Source: Pseudoflavonifractor sp.
GTDB taxonomy: Bacteria > Bacillota > Clostridia > Oscillospirales > Oscillospiraceae
Direction of reading: 5' to 3'
Assembly: GCF_050943825.1 (NCBI RefSeq)
Contig: NZ_JBMNPX010000010.1
Span: 7,771 to 71,770, forward strand
Length of the DNA stretch: 64,000 bases
The notes under the pieces are model-generated. The model saw only the letters and a list, made by a program, of their open reading frames with translations, was not told where the DNA came from and ran no database searches. The position numbers and the translations under genes were made by a program. Position 1 is the first letter of the stretch. Each line of letters opens with the position of its first letter. Positions 47,336-57,314 of the stretch are shown piece after piece.

Positions 47336-47996
47336 TAACCGGCTGCGTTTTTCCAAGACCGGGCGGGCCAAGTACATCTCCCACCTGGACCTGATGCGCA
47401 CCTTCCAGCGGGCCTTCCTCCGTGCCGGGATTGAGATCACCCACACCGAGGGCTTCAATCCCCACGCCTTTGTGTCCATTCCGCTGCCTCTGTCCGTGGG
47501 CTTTTCCAGCCAGTGCGAGGTGCTGGAGTTTGAGCTGCGGGGCGGCGCGGAGCTCTCCCAGGTGCCCGGGCGGATGAACGCGGTGCTGCCCGAGGGAATT
47601 ATGGTGCAGAAGTGCTACGAGGCGGCCAAGCCTGTGAAGGCCCTGACCTACGTCAACTACATCGTCACCCTGGAGTACGAGAACGGCGCGCCCTTTGGGG
47701 CGGAGACCGCCATCCGGGACCTGCTGAGCCGGGAGAGCCTGGTGGTGATCAAGAAGTCCAAGAAGGCCAAGAGCGGCCAGGTGGAGGTGGACCTGATTCC
47801 CCTCATCGCCAAGTTCACCGTGGAGGGACGGCGGGACACCATCGCCCTGGACCTCATCATCCGGGCCCAGAACCCGGGCTTGAACCCGGAGCTGATTGTG
47901 TCTGCCATCCGGGAGCACTGCCCCGAGGCATCTCCGGACTATGTGGCCTTCCACCGGAAGGACGTGCTGGACGCCCAGTTCCAGCCCTGGGAATAA
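47325..47996 (+). CDS. TIGR03936-family radical SAM-linked protein (DUF2344)
   Basis: RLRFSKTGRAKYISHLDLMR..RA..R, GFNPH. Overlaps the radical SAM stop; RBS GGAGGT. Confidence 0.9.
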   Translation: MRNSNRLRFSKTGRAKYISHLDLMRTFQRAFLRAGIEITHTEGFNPHAFVSIPLPLSVGFSSQCEVLEFELRGGAELSQVPGRMNAVLPEGIMVQKCYEAAKPVKALTYVNYIVTLEYENGAPFGAETAIRDLLSRESLVVIKKSKKAKSGQVEVDLIPLIAKFTVEGRRDTIALDLIIRAQNPGLNPELIVSAIREHCPEASPDYVAFHRKDVLDAQFQPWE

Positions 47997-48071
47997 CCAT
48001 AATATAAAAGGAGAGGTCTCCGCTGTGTGCGGAGACCTCTTTTTTAATGCCCGTATGTTTGAGAAGCGAAT

Positions 48072-49523
48072 TTACCCTCTGCGGTAGGTCCTGGTGATAT
48101 CGGCCAGCCTGCGGGCCACATCGGGGTTGAAGGCGGCGGCACGGCAGCGCCAGGTCCAGTTGTGGGGGCCTGCGGTGCCGGGGGTGTTCATGCGGGCGTC
48201 CGCGCCCAGACCCAGCAGGTCCTGCATGGGCGCCATAGCCAGGCGGCTCATGGTGCTCCAGGCGCCGCACACGGCGCCCCAGCCGTAGCCCTCGTCCTCC
48301 CGGAGGCGGAGGTAGCGCATGGCATAGTCCCGCTCACCGGGGGAGGCCTCCTGGAAGAGCCACTGGACAAAGGTGGGGGTGTCGTGGGTGCCGGTGTACA
48401 CCACCGAGTCGGGCTGGCAGTTGTGGGGCAGGTAGGCGCTCTCGCCGCAGGGGTCAAAGGCGTAGACCAGCACCTTCATGCCGGGCAGGCCGCTCTTGGC
48501 GATGAACTCCAGCACATCCTCCTCCAGAGCGCCCAGGTCCTCGGCGATGATGTCCAGGCCGGGCACCTCCTTGTGGAAGCGGTGGATGAGCTCCATGCCG
48601 GGGCCGGGCTCCCAGTGGCCGTAGGTGGCCACCTTATCCCCGGCGGGAATGGACCAGTAGTTGTAGAAAGCGCGGAAGTGGTCGATGCGCACCACGTCGT
48701 ACAGCTCGGCGGCCCAGGCCATCCGCTCCACCCACCAGTCAAAGACCTCCTTCCGGTGGCCCTCCCAGTCGTAGAGGGGGTTGCCCCAGTGCTGGCCGGT
48801 CTCGGAGAAGGCGTCGGGTGGAACTCCCGCCACAGCGGCGGGATGCCCCTTCTCGTCAATCTGGAACAGCTCGGGGTGGGCCCAGAACTCGGCGCTGTCC
48901 TCGGAGACGTAGATGGGCAGGTCGCCGATGATGGATACGTTTCTCTCGTTGGCGTACCGCTTGAGGGCGTGCCACTGGCGGAAGAAGGCGGCCTGGAGGA
49001 AGAGGTGGAAGTTGACGTCGTCCTCGCCCGGCTCGGGCGCGGGGGAGGGCCACTCAGCCGGGGGCAGGTCCAGCTCCTCCCGCAGGGCGGAGAAGCGGGC
49101 GTAGTCCTCCGCCCAGTGGGCGAAGGTACAGAAGGCCTGGATGCGGGGGGCCCACAGCTCCCTGCCGCGCTCCCACGCCTTGCGCAGGAGGGGGAGGCGG
49201 GTGCGGCGGAGGAAGTCGTAGTCCACCCGGTCGGGGCTGTCCAGCTGGGCGGAGAGCAGCTCGTCACGGGTGAGGAGCCCCTCCTCGGCCAGCTCGCCCA
49301 GGTCCAGGAAGAAGGGGTTGCCCGCGAAGGAGGAGGGGGACATATAGGGGGAGTCACCTCCGCCCGGGGGCACCAGGGGGAGAATCTGCCAGTAGTGCTG
49401 GTTGGCCGAGGCCAGAAAGTCGATAAAGTTGCGGGCTTCCTTGCCCATGGTGCCGGCGCCGTAGGGACCCGGCAGAGAGAAGACGGGGAGAAGGATTCCG
49501 CTGGAGCGTCCTTCCATCTGCAT
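48072..49523 (-). CDS. malQ: 4-alpha-glucanotransferase (amylomaltase, GH77)
   Basis: WQILPL, SPY...SSFAGN, GDLPIYV, GVPPDAFSETGQHWGNPLY, RIDHFR, EDLG, YTGTHD. Confidence 0.96.
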   Translation of the reverse strand: MQMEGRSSGILLPVFSLPGPYGAGTMGKEARNFIDFLASANQHYWQILPLVPPGGGDSPYMSPSSFAGNPFFLDLGELAEEGLLTRDELLSAQLDSPDRVDYDFLRRTRLPLLRKAWERGRELWAPRIQAFCTFAHWAEDYARFSALREELDLPPAEWPSPAPEPGEDDVNFHLFLQAAFFRQWHALKRYANERNVSIIGDLPIYVSEDSAEFWAHPELFQIDEKGHPAAVAGVPPDAFSETGQHWGNPLYDWEGHRKEVFDWWVERMAWAAELYDVVRIDHFRAFYNYWSIPAGDKVATYGHWEPGPGMELIHRFHKEVPGLDIIAEDLGALEEDVLEFIAKSGLPGMKVLVYAFDPCGESAYLPHNCQPDSVVYTGTHDTPTFVQWLFQEASPGERDYAMRYLRLREDEGYGWGAVCGAWSTMSRLAMAPMQDLLGLGADARMNTPGTAGPHNWTWRCRAAAFNPDVARRLADITRTYRRG

Positions 49524-49748
49524 TCCATCCTTTCCGAAGGCGGAGGAACCGGCTGTGTCCCGCCGCCCGGTAATTTTTGTATCCCGTATATTATAATCCG
49601 GCGGGGGAAATGTGGCAACCCGAAAAATCCGGGGCAGGGGGCAGGCGGGGACGGAAACGGCCAAGAGCGTACGAAATTACCTTGCGGCAGCGGCGCCGGT
49701 AGGGTACAATCAAAAGTGGATAATAAGGCCGAAAGGTGGGGACAGACA

Positions 49749-50348
49749 ATGAAAATGCTTCTGCTGGGCGGATTTCTCGGCTCCGGCAAGACCGCGGTGC
49801 TCAACCGTGTCATCCGGGCCATCTCCCAGGTGGGAGGGACCTCTGCGGTCATAGAAAACGAGATTGGCCAGCTGGGCGTGGACGACGCCCTTGTGCGGGA
49901 GACGGGAATCAGGGTGACGCCCCTGTTCGGCGGCTGCGTCTGCTGCGAGATCTCCGGGGACCTGGTCCAGGCCGTGGGACAGATTGCGGACGAGGTGAAC
50001 CCGGACTGGCTGGTGGTGGAGATGACCGGTCTGGCCCTGATGACCGACGTGCTCTCCGTCCTGAGCCGGTACGGCCGTCCGGACATCCCGGTCCATCCGG
50101 TGTCCGTGGTGGACGCGTCCCGGTTCGGCATGCTCAGCGGGGTCATGGCCCCGGTGCTGGAGCGGCAGCTCAGGGGTGCGGAGCTGGTGCTGGTCAACAA
50201 GGCGGACGTGGTCCAGCCCACCCAGGAGCAGCTGGACCTGATTGCCGGCTGGGCGCCCGGCGCCCGGATACGGACGGTCAGCGCCGAAAAAACGGAGGAC
50301 ACGGTTCTCTGGCAGACCATTCTGGAAGGGGTAGGTGAGGCACAGTGA
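49749..50348 (+). CDS. COG0523/CobW-type G3E GTPase (GTPase domain only)
   Basis: GGFLGSGKT, IENE.G, GGCVCC (CxCC), EMTG, VVDA, NKAD. Promoter TTGCGG-17-TACAAT at 49682-49710. Confidence 0.9.
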   Translation: MKMLLLGGFLGSGKTAVLNRVIRAISQVGGTSAVIENEIGQLGVDDALVRETGIRVTPLFGGCVCCEISGDLVQAVGQIADEVNPDWLVVEMTGLALMTDVLSVLSRYGRPDIPVHPVSVVDASRFGMLSGVMAPVLERQLRGAELVLVNKADVVQPTQEQLDLIAGWAPGARIRTVSAEKTEDTVLWQTILEGVGEAQ

Positions 50349-50833
50349 GCGGCCATGTCCATGAAGAGAACCACAGCCACGGTCCCGGCTGCACCTGCGG
50401 GTGCCATGACCATGACCATCATCATCACCACCATGACCACGACCACGCAGGCGACCCGGCCCACAGCCTGGTAGACAACGCGCTGGTGCTCAGCGGAAAA
50501 TGGACGGTCCATCTGCCGGAGCCGGCCACCGCTGCGGAGGTGGCCAACCGTGTGGCGGCCAGGCTGGCGGCGGTGGCCCAGCCTCTGGCGGTGGACGGCG
50601 CGGTGGCGGGCCATGTGAAGGCGCTGATCGCGTGCGGCGGCCAGTCGGCTGCCCTTTCCATCACCCGGCTTGGGACGGTGGACGGCGCCCGGGGTGTGGG
50701 CTGGAAGCCGGACACTCTGGTGAGACGGTATGATGTGACGGTGAACGTGCTCTCCCTGCTGAACACGGACGCTGTCACCCGTGAGGATTTGGACCGCCTG
50801 TTCGGCGGGGAAGAGGGGGCGGAAACGGTATGA
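50345..50833 (+). CDS. His-rich putative metal-binding protein
   Basis: N-terminal HSHGPGCTCGCHDHDHHHHHHDHDH; GHVKA motif; GTGA overlap with the CobW stop. Confidence 0.8.
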   Translation: MSGHVHEENHSHGPGCTCGCHDHDHHHHHHDHDHAGDPAHSLVDNALVLSGKWTVHLPEPATAAEVANRVAARLAAVAQPLAVDGAVAGHVKALIACGGQSAALSITRLGTVDGARGVGWKPDTLVRRYDVTVNVLSLLNTDAVTREDLDRLFGGEEGAETV

Positions 50834-51660
50834 GCATCCGGCTGATTGCGGTGGATTTGGACGGCACCCTGCTCTCCTCGGACAGCGCCACGGTGCATGA
50901 GCGGAACATCCGTGCCCTGCGGCGTGCGGCGGAGAAGGGGGCCAAAATTGTGCTGGCCAGCGGCCGGTCCATGGTGATGATGGAGGACGCGGCGGAGCAG
51001 CTGGGCTGCGTGAGCTATATCATCTCTTCTCTGGGGGGCGCGGTGACCGACTACGCCACCCGGAAGATGCTGGCGGAGACGGGAATTGACCCGGACAAGC
51101 GCCGGGCCATTCTGGAGGTGCTGCGGCCCTTCAAGCCCCTCATTGAGGTCTACTGTGACAACCGCATCTACGCCGAGCGGGCCATCATCACGGCCCACCC
51201 GCCCGCCTCGGATTTTGACTTCCTGCGGGCCAAGTATGACGACGTGGTGGAGGATCTGGAGACTGCCATCGGGGAGCGGATGACGGAGAAGCTGGACGTG
51301 GACTTCATCCCGGACGACGAGACCATGGAGCTGATCCGCACCCGGGTGGAGGCCCTGGGTGACCTGTGTGTGCTGGCCTATCCCGGGAATGGGAACATTG
51401 AGATCAGCCACATCGACGCCACCAAGGGGCACGCCCTCCAGTTCCTGTGCGGGTACCTGGGGATAGACGCCGAAGAGGTGCTGGCCCTGGGGGACAGCGA
51501 CAACGACCTGGACATGTTCGAATGGGTGGGCTGTTCCGTGGCCATGGCCAAGTCCTCGCCCCTGGCCCGTCAGGCGGCGGACATGGTGACCGGCTCCAAC
51601 AACGACGGCGGCGTGGGCCAGGCCGTGGAGGAGCTGATGGACCGGATTGGCGGCCAATGA
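50830..51660 (+). CDS. Cof-type HAD hydrolase
   Basis: DLDGTLL, LASGR, EISH...KG, GDSDNDLDM. Confidence 0.93.
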   Translation: MSIRLIAVDLDGTLLSSDSATVHERNIRALRRAAEKGAKIVLASGRSMVMMEDAAEQLGCVSYIISSLGGAVTDYATRKMLAETGIDPDKRRAILEVLRPFKPLIEVYCDNRIYAERAIITAHPPASDFDFLRAKYDDVVEDLETAIGERMTEKLDVDFIPDDETMELIRTRVEALGDLCVLAYPGNGNIEISHIDATKGHALQFLCGYLGIDAEEVLALGDSDNDLDMFEWVGCSVAMAKSSPLARQAADMVTGSNNDGGVGQAVEELMDRIGGQ

Positions 51661-51722
51661 AAAAGCAGAACGGAGCCCTGTGCATCAAATGCACAGGGCT
51701 CCGTTTGTCTGTCTTGAGGGGC

Positions 51723-52160
51723 TCAGGGGTCCTCCACGCTGGCACCGCCGGTCAGGTTCTTGTAGAGCCGGACCAGGAACTGGTAGAACTGGGCCTTTTC
51801 CTCCTCGGAGAAGCCGGCCAGCTCTATGGCCTCCATCCGGGCCCGCAGCTCGGTGGCCTGCTCATGGCGGGCATAGCCGCTGGGGGTGAGGGAGATGGCG
51901 GTGGCCCGCTTGTTGCCCGCCACTGCCTGGCGGGAGATAAGGCCGTCGGCCTCCATCTTGTCCAGCAGGCGGGAGATGGTGGCGGGCTCGATGTCGCACA
52001 TGGCGGCCAGGTCCTTCTGCATGCAGCCGTCGTGGCGGGTGAGGAAGCCGAGAATCTTGGGCTGGCCCACGGACAAACCCAGTTCGGCAATCATGGGACG
52101 AAAGACATTGTTCTGCGCGTGGTAGGATTTCAGCAGGGCGATACTGAAGGGGACATCCAT
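51723..52160 (-). CDS. MarR-family regulator
   Basis: QKDLAAMCDIEPATISRLLDKMEADGLISR...D/NKR...LTPSG winged helix. Confidence 0.9.
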   Translation of the reverse strand: MDVPFSIALLKSYHAQNNVFRPMIAELGLSVGQPKILGFLTRHDGCMQKDLAAMCDIEPATISRLLDKMEADGLISRQAVAGNKRATAISLTPSGYARHEQATELRARMEAIELAGFSEEEKAQFYQFLVRLYKNLTGGASVEDP

Positions 52161-52306
52161 AAAACAGCAGTCCTTTGCAAATAAGAGAGGCTCCGCAGCG
52201 GGAGCCTCACAGATGGTTTTCACGCCAACTGTTAGCAATACAATTTTAGCAGATGTGAAAAAAATGTCAATTCTTTTTTTGCCCCGTTCTGTCGCCCCGC
52301 CGGCGA

Positions 52307-52819
52307 TCAGCCCTTGGCGCCCGCCTCGATGGCGGAGCGGATGGCGGTGAATACCTGGTCCTGCCCCTCGCACATGACCAGCAGGATGGTGCCGTCCTCC
52401 AGGGTTTCAAGCCGGGCGTTGTTGGCGATGTCGTACTGGTCGGCCAGATACTGCTCAAAACTCTGCTTCTGCCGGTCCACAAACCCCTCCAGAGCATCCT
52501 TTACCTCCTCGTCCTTCCCCTCGGCGGGGTAGACGGCGGCAATGCCGTAGGCTTTGACGTTCATGGCGGAGGCGGAGATGGCAAAGGCGCTCATGTCCTC
52601 GGCGGACAGGCCCATCAACTCCAGCAGAAAGGAGGCCGTGTCGTCATCGGCCGAGGTGATGATGGGGAATGCGTCGTTGGCGTCCTGGTCCCGGGCGTCC
52701 TGGATGGCGGAGCGGTAGAGCTCGGTCCGCTCCTGGGCGGTGAGCTGGGACTCCGGCGCAGAGGAACAGCCGGCGAGCAGCAGGATGGGGAGAAGCATGA
52801 GAGAAAAGAACCGTTTCAT
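52307..52819 (-). CDS. Lipoprotein (DUF4358-like)
   Basis: Lipobox LLAGC; QKQSFEQYLADQY...NA.L. The family call is tentative. Confidence 0.75.
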   Translation of the reverse strand: MKRFFSLMLLPILLLAGCSSAPESQLTAQERTELYRSAIQDARDQDANDAFPIITSADDDTASFLLELMGLSAEDMSAFAISASAMNVKAYGIAAVYPAEGKDEEVKDALEGFVDRQKQSFEQYLADQYDIANNARLETLEDGTILLVMCEGQDQVFTAIRSAIEAGAKG

Positions 52820-52840
52820 GTCAAAAACTCCTTTGTTGTG

Positions 52841-55324
52841 TTATGCCTCGGGGACGGTGGGCACGGCGGTGTTCTCGGGGCTGACGGTGAGGGTGTCTCC
52901 GTCCGTGTCCACCACCGCCGTGCTCCCTTTGACCAGAGCGCCCGTGAGCAGCAGCTCGGCGGCTGGATCCTCCACCTGGGCGCGGATGGTGCGGCGAAGG
53001 GGCCGGGCGCCGTAGTCGGGCTCAAAGCCCTGCCGGGAGAGCAGGTCCAGGGCCCGGTCGGTGACCCGGAGGGATACCCCCAGCGTCTCCATCCGCTCGG
53101 CCACATCCCGGAGCATCCGTCCGGCAATGGCGCGGATTTCCTCCCGGCTCAGCTGGCGGAACACAATGGTCTCGTCCACCCGGTTGAGAAACTCGGGTCG
53201 GAACACTTTTTTCAGGTCCTCCAGTACGGCGCCCCGCAGCTCCTCCGGCGGCCGGGTCTCCCCGGCGGCGGCGGGGCGGAAGCCCAGACGGCCGCCCTTT
53301 CCCGTAATCCGGGCCGCGCCCACGTTGCTGGTCATGACCACCACCGTGTTGCGGAAGTCTGTCCTGCGGCCCTGGGCGTCGGTGAGCACGCCGTCCTCCA
53401 TAATCTGGAGCAGGATGCCCCAGATATCCTGGTGGGCCTTCTCAATCTCGTCGAAGAGCACCAGGGAGTAGGGACGGCGGCGTACCTTCTCGGTGAGCTG
53501 GCCGCCCTCCTCGTGGCCCACATAGCCCGGCGGCGCGCCCACCAGCCGGGACACGGTGTGCCGCTCCATATACTCGGACATGTCGAACCGGAGCAGGGCG
53601 TCGGCGCTGCCGAAGAGGGCGGCGGCCAGGGCCTTGCACAGCTCGGTCTTGCCCACGCCGGTGGGGCCCAGGAAGAGAAATACGCCGGTGGGGCGGCCGG
53701 GCTCCTTCAGACCCACACGGCCTCGGCGCACCGCCCGTGCCACCGCCTTTACCGCATCCTCCTGGCCCACCACCTGCCGGTGGAGCTCCTCCTCCAGGCC
53801 CATGAGCCGCTGGGACTCCTCCTGGGTCAGGGTGGTGACGGGCACCCCCGTCCACTCGGCCACCACCGCCGCCACATCCTCGGCGGACACACAGCCGCCC
53901 CGCTGTCCGGCCCGCAGGGCGGCCTTTTTCAGATCCAGCTCCTTGCGGAAGTCGGCCTCCGCGTCCCGGAGCATGGCGGCCTTCTCAAAGTCCTGGCCCC
54001 GGATGGCCTCCTCCTTCTCCTGGCAGGCCCGCTCCGCCCGCTCCTCCAGCTGGCGCAGGGCGGGGGGTGTGGCCAGCCGCTCCATGCGCACCCGGGAGGC
54101 GGCCTCATCCATCAGGTCGATGGCCTTGTCGGGCAGGCGGCGGTCGCCGATATACCGGGCGGACAGGGCCACCGCCGCCTCGATGGCGTCGTCGCTGATG
54201 GTCAGCTTGTGGTGTGCCTCGTACCGGTCCCGGACGCCCCGGAGGATGGCGGAGGCGGTCTGGTGGTCGGGCTCGGCCACGGTCACCGGCTGGAACCGGC
54301 GCTCCAGTGCCGCGTCTTTTTCGATATATTTGCGGTACTCGTCCAGGGTGGTGGCGCCGATGACCTGGAGGTCTCCCCGGCCCAGAGCGGGCTTGATGAT
54401 GTTGGCCGCGTCGATGGCGCCCTCCGCCGACCCGGCGCCCACGATGGTGTGGAGCTCGTCGATGAAGAGGATGATGTTGCCCGCCCGGCGGACCTCTGAG
54501 AGAATATTCTTCACCCGCTCCTCAAATTCGCCCCGGTACTTGGTGCCCGCCACCATGGAGGACAGGTCCAGGGACAGCAGCCGCTTGGTGCGCAGCTCGT
54601 CGGGCACCTCTCCGGCGGCGATGCGCAGGGCCAGACCCTCTGCGATGGCGGTCTTGCCCACGCCGGGCTCACCGATGAGGGCGGGGTTGTTCTTGGTGCG
54701 CCGGGAGAGAATCTGGATGACCCGGCGGATTTCCTTGTCCCGCCCCACCACCGGGTCCAGCAGGTGACCTGCGGCCAGACGGGTCAGGTCCTTGGAGAAC
54801 TGGTCAACCAGCTTGGTATCCCGGCTTCCCTCGGTGAAATCACGCTCCTGACGGGGGCGGCCCGGGCTGCGGTAGAAGGAGGCACCGTCGCCGCCCAGGG
54901 CGCTCATCACGTCGCCGTACAGCCTGCGGGCATCCACGCCGCTGTCGGCAATGACCCGTGCGGCCACCCCGTCCCCCTCCTGGAGGATACCCAGCAGCAG
55001 GTGCTCGGTGCCCACATAGGAGCAGCCCAGCCGGGCGGACTGGGCCAGCGCCAGCTCGATGATTTTCTTGCACCTGGGGGTGAGCCCCTGGGAGGGCTGG
55101 CCGCCCGGCGCGCCCACCCCCACCATGCCGGCGATGGCGGTGCGGATGGTCTCAGAGGAGAGGCCGGCGGTGCGCAGCACCCGGGCGGCCATGCCCTGCT
55201 CCTCCCGGGCCAGGCCCAGCAGCAGGTGCTCGCTGCCCACATAGCCGTGGCCCAGCTCGGCGGCACAGTTCTGAGCCAGCATCAGGGCCGTCCGGGCCCG
55301 CTGTGTAAATCTGGTTCCACTCAC
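52841..55324 (-). CDS. clpC: ClpC-type AAA+ chaperone / Clp protease ATPase subunit
   Basis: Two Clp N-repeats (EHLLLG), NBD1 GEPGVGKT, M-domain, NBD2 [11 protein letters not shown] loop. GTG start at 55324. Confidence 0.93.
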   Translation of the reverse strand: MSGTRFTQRARTALMLAQNCAAELGHGYVGSEHLLLGLAREEQGMAARVLRTAGLSSETIRTAIAGMVGVGAPGGQPSQGLTPRCKKIIELALAQSARLGCSYVGTEHLLLGILQEGDGVAARVIADSGVDARRLYGDVMSALGGDGASFYRSPGRPRQERDFTEGSRDTKLVDQFSKDLTRLAAGHLLDPVVGRDKEIRRVIQILSRRTKNNPALIGEPGVGKTAIAEGLALRIAAGEVPDELRTKRLLSLDLSSMVAGTKYRGEFEERVKNILSEVRRAGNIILFIDELHTIVGAGSAEGAIDAANIIKPALGRGDLQVIGATTLDEYRKYIEKDAALERRFQPVTVAEPDHQTASAILRGVRDRYEAHHKLTISDDAIEAAVALSARYIGDRRLPDKAIDLMDEAASRVRMERLATPPALRQLEERAERACQEKEEAIRGQDFEKAAMLRDAEADFRKELDLKKAALRAGQRGGCVSAEDVAAVVAEWTGVPVTTLTQEESQRLMGLEEELHRQVVGQEDAVKAVARAVRRGRVGLKEPGRPTGVFLFLGPTGVGKTELCKALAAALFGSADALLRFDMSEYMERHTVSRLVGAPPGYVGHEEGGQLTEKVRRRPYSLVLFDEIEKAHQDIWGILLQIMEDGVLTDAQGRRTDFRNTVVVMTSNVGAARITGKGGRLGFRPAAAGETRPPEELRGAVLEDLKKVFRPEFLNRVDETIVFRQLSREEIRAIAGRMLRDVAERMETLGVSLRVTDRALDLLSRQGFEPDYGARPLRRTIRAQVEDPAAELLLTGALVKGSTAVVDTDGDTLTVSPENTAVPTVPEA

Positions 55325-55328
55325 GGCC

Positions 55329-55511
55329 TCACGCCCTTCCGTTGCCGGAGTGGGGCTGGACCGCCTTGTCTGCCTGTTCTTTTTCAATGTGTGAATGCTC
55401 CTTTGCAGCTCCTCTGTTTTGGTGCCGGGCGCTGACGGGCGCGCCCTCCAGGTCGGGGGCCAGACTGCCCGCCGTCTCCATGTGAAAGAGAGAATTAGGA
55501 ATTTTTTCCAT
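55329..55511 (-). CDS. Small 60-aa ORF directly upstream of clpC
   Basis: Strong RBS AGGAGGG 7 nt before the ATG; stop 4 nt from the clpC start. No recognised family. Confidence 0.5.
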   Translation of the reverse strand: MEKIPNSLFHMETAGSLAPDLEGAPVSARHQNRGAAKEHSHIEKEQADKAVQPHSGNGRA

Positions 55512-55651
55512 CTAACAGCCCTCCTGACTTCCAATGGTCCCTATATTTTTTCCGCCCACAGGGAAATATACCCGCCTTCCGCACAATTTAGCATTGCAAT
55601 TTGAAAAACTTGTGGTACAATGAAATCACACTTGAATTGGAGGTGTTTCCA

Positions 55652-55822
55652 ATGGCCTATGTTATCGGTAATGACTGCGTGAGCTGCGGTTCCTGCGAGG
55701 GCGCCTGCCCCGTGTCCGCTATCTCCCAGGGTGACGAGCACTATGTCATCGACGCTGATACCTGCATCGACTGCGGTACCTGCGCTGATACCTGCCCCGT
55801 GGGCGCCATCGCTCAGGGCTGA
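55652..55822 (+). CDS. fdx: Clostridial-type 2[4Fe-4S] ferredoxin
   Basis: CVSCGSCEGACP and CIDCGTCADTCP; RBS GGAGGT; promoter TTGCAA...TG-g-TACAAT. Confidence 0.96.
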   Translation: MAYVIGNDCVSCGSCEGACPVSAISQGDEHYVIDADTCIDCGTCADTCPVGAIAQG

Positions 55823-55932
55823 TGTACTCTGATGAAAAACAGCGGCGCCGGTGACGGCGCCGCTGTTTTTTTCTCCAAACCAGGAAAAGGAAGCCGGCGC
55901 AGGTGCTGCCGGCGGGAAACGGGAGGTCGTGT

Positions 55933-57258
55933 ATGAAGGAGCTGAAGGGGAAGGAACTGCTGCTGGTTGGGTTCACTCTGTTCTCCATGTTTTTTGGCGC
56001 GGGGAACCTGATATTCCCGCCCTTTACAGGCGCCCAGGCGGGCACGGCCACCTGGATTGCCTTTGCGGGTCTGGCGGTGTCGGCGGTGGGCTTTCCCATT
56101 CTGGGCGTGGTGGCGGTGGCCCGCTCCGGCGGGCTGGATAAGCTGGCGGGCCGGGTGAGCGCCCGGTTTGCGGCGGTGTTCACCTTTTTGATTTACCTGT
56201 CCATCGGCCCCTGCCTGGCCATTCCCAGAACAGCCAGCACCTCCTTTGAGATGGCGGTCACCCCCTTCCTGGGGGAGAACGCTCCTGTCGGGCTGCTCCA
56301 GCTGATTTACTCCGTACTGTTCTTTGCCGCCGCGCTGGCGCTGGCGCTGCAGCCCGAGCGGCTCACCGACCGGCTGGGCAAGGTGCTCTGTCCCATCCTC
56401 ATCGCCCTGATTGTGGTGCTCTTTGTGGGCTGCCTGGTCAGGCCGGTGGGCGGCTACGCCGCCCCTGCCGGGAATTACACCGGAAACCAGGCTGTCCAGG
56501 GCTTCCTGGACGGCTACCAGACCATGGACACCATCGCCGCCCTGAATTTCGGTATCATCATCGCCCTGAATATCAAGGCCAGGGGGGTGGAGAGCGAGAA
56601 GCGGGTGGTGCGGGGCACCATCCGGGCGGGCTGGATTGCAGGGGCCATGCTGCTGGTGATTTACGCCATGCTGGCCCACATCGGAGCCATGGCCAGCAGC
56701 GCCTTCCCGGGCGCGGCCAACGGCGCGGAGATTCTCACCAAGATGGTGCCCGCCGTGTTCGGCCCCTGGGGCAGCGCCATTCTGGCGGCGGTGTTTGTCA
56801 TCGCCTGCTTCAACACCTGCGTGGGCCTTATCAGCTGCTGCAGCGAGTACTTCTGCGGGCTGTTCCCCAAAATCTCCTACCGGTGGTGGGCGGTGTTCTT
56901 CGCCGTGGTGAGCATGGCGGTGTCCAACGCGGGCCTGAACATGATTCTCAAGGTGTCAGTGCCCGTGCTCAACGCCATCTATCCGGTGGCCATTGTGCTT
57001 ATTCTCCTGTCCTTCTGCCAGAAGTGGCTGGAGGGCCTGCGGTATGTGTACCCCGTCACCATTCTCTTCACCGGCGTGTCCAGCGTGCTCTCCGCCCTGC
57101 GGGGCGCGTCCCTGCTGCCCGCTGGGGTGGCTGAGCTGCTGATCAAAGCGCCCCTGGCGTCCATGGGGCTGGGCTGGGTGATTCCGGCGGTGGTGGGCGC
57201 CGCCATCGGCATCATCCTGTCTCTGGTGATGGGCGGACACCGTACTCAGTTTGAATAA
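55933..57258 (+). CDS. brnQ: Branched-chain amino acid transporter
   Basis: FSMFFGAGNLIFPP, AIPRTA, GYQTMD, ACFNTCVGL. Confidence 0.95.
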   Translation: MKELKGKELLLVGFTLFSMFFGAGNLIFPPFTGAQAGTATWIAFAGLAVSAVGFPILGVVAVARSGGLDKLAGRVSARFAAVFTFLIYLSIGPCLAIPRTASTSFEMAVTPFLGENAPVGLLQLIYSVLFFAAALALALQPERLTDRLGKVLCPILIALIVVLFVGCLVRPVGGYAAPAGNYTGNQAVQGFLDGYQTMDTIAALNFGIIIALNIKARGVESEKRVVRGTIRAGWIAGAMLLVIYAMLAHIGAMASSAFPGAANGAEILTKMVPAVFGPWGSAILAAVFVIACFNTCVGLISCCSEYFCGLFPKISYRWWAVFFAVVSMAVSNAGLNMILKVSVPVLNAIYPVAIVLILLSFCQKWLEGLRYVYPVTILFTGVSSVLSALRGASLLPAGVAELLIKAPLASMGLGWVIPAVVGAAIGIILSLVMGGHRTQFE

Positions 57259-57314
57259 AGAAAAGAAAAAGCAGCCCTCCGTACCAGGTACGGAAGGCTG
57301 CTTTGCTGTTTGGT

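Noticed and set aside
48162-49748. N-terminal 529 codons of the 728-aa ORF 48162-50348 and other long overlapping ORFs (e.g. 5922-8474, 14440-16296, 52838-54499)
   Set aside because: Antisense or off-frame shadows of well-supported genes. The real CobW start is ATG 49749.
52188-52209. Hairpin in the MarR 5' leader as an attenuator
   Set aside because: Weak, interrupted U-tract and no anti-terminator evident.
57287-57297. 11-nt complement (ggtacggaagg) of the mini-array spacer 3' end within the brnQ terminator
   Set aside because: An 11-nt match is compatible with chance in 64 kb and does not extend to the rest of the spacer.
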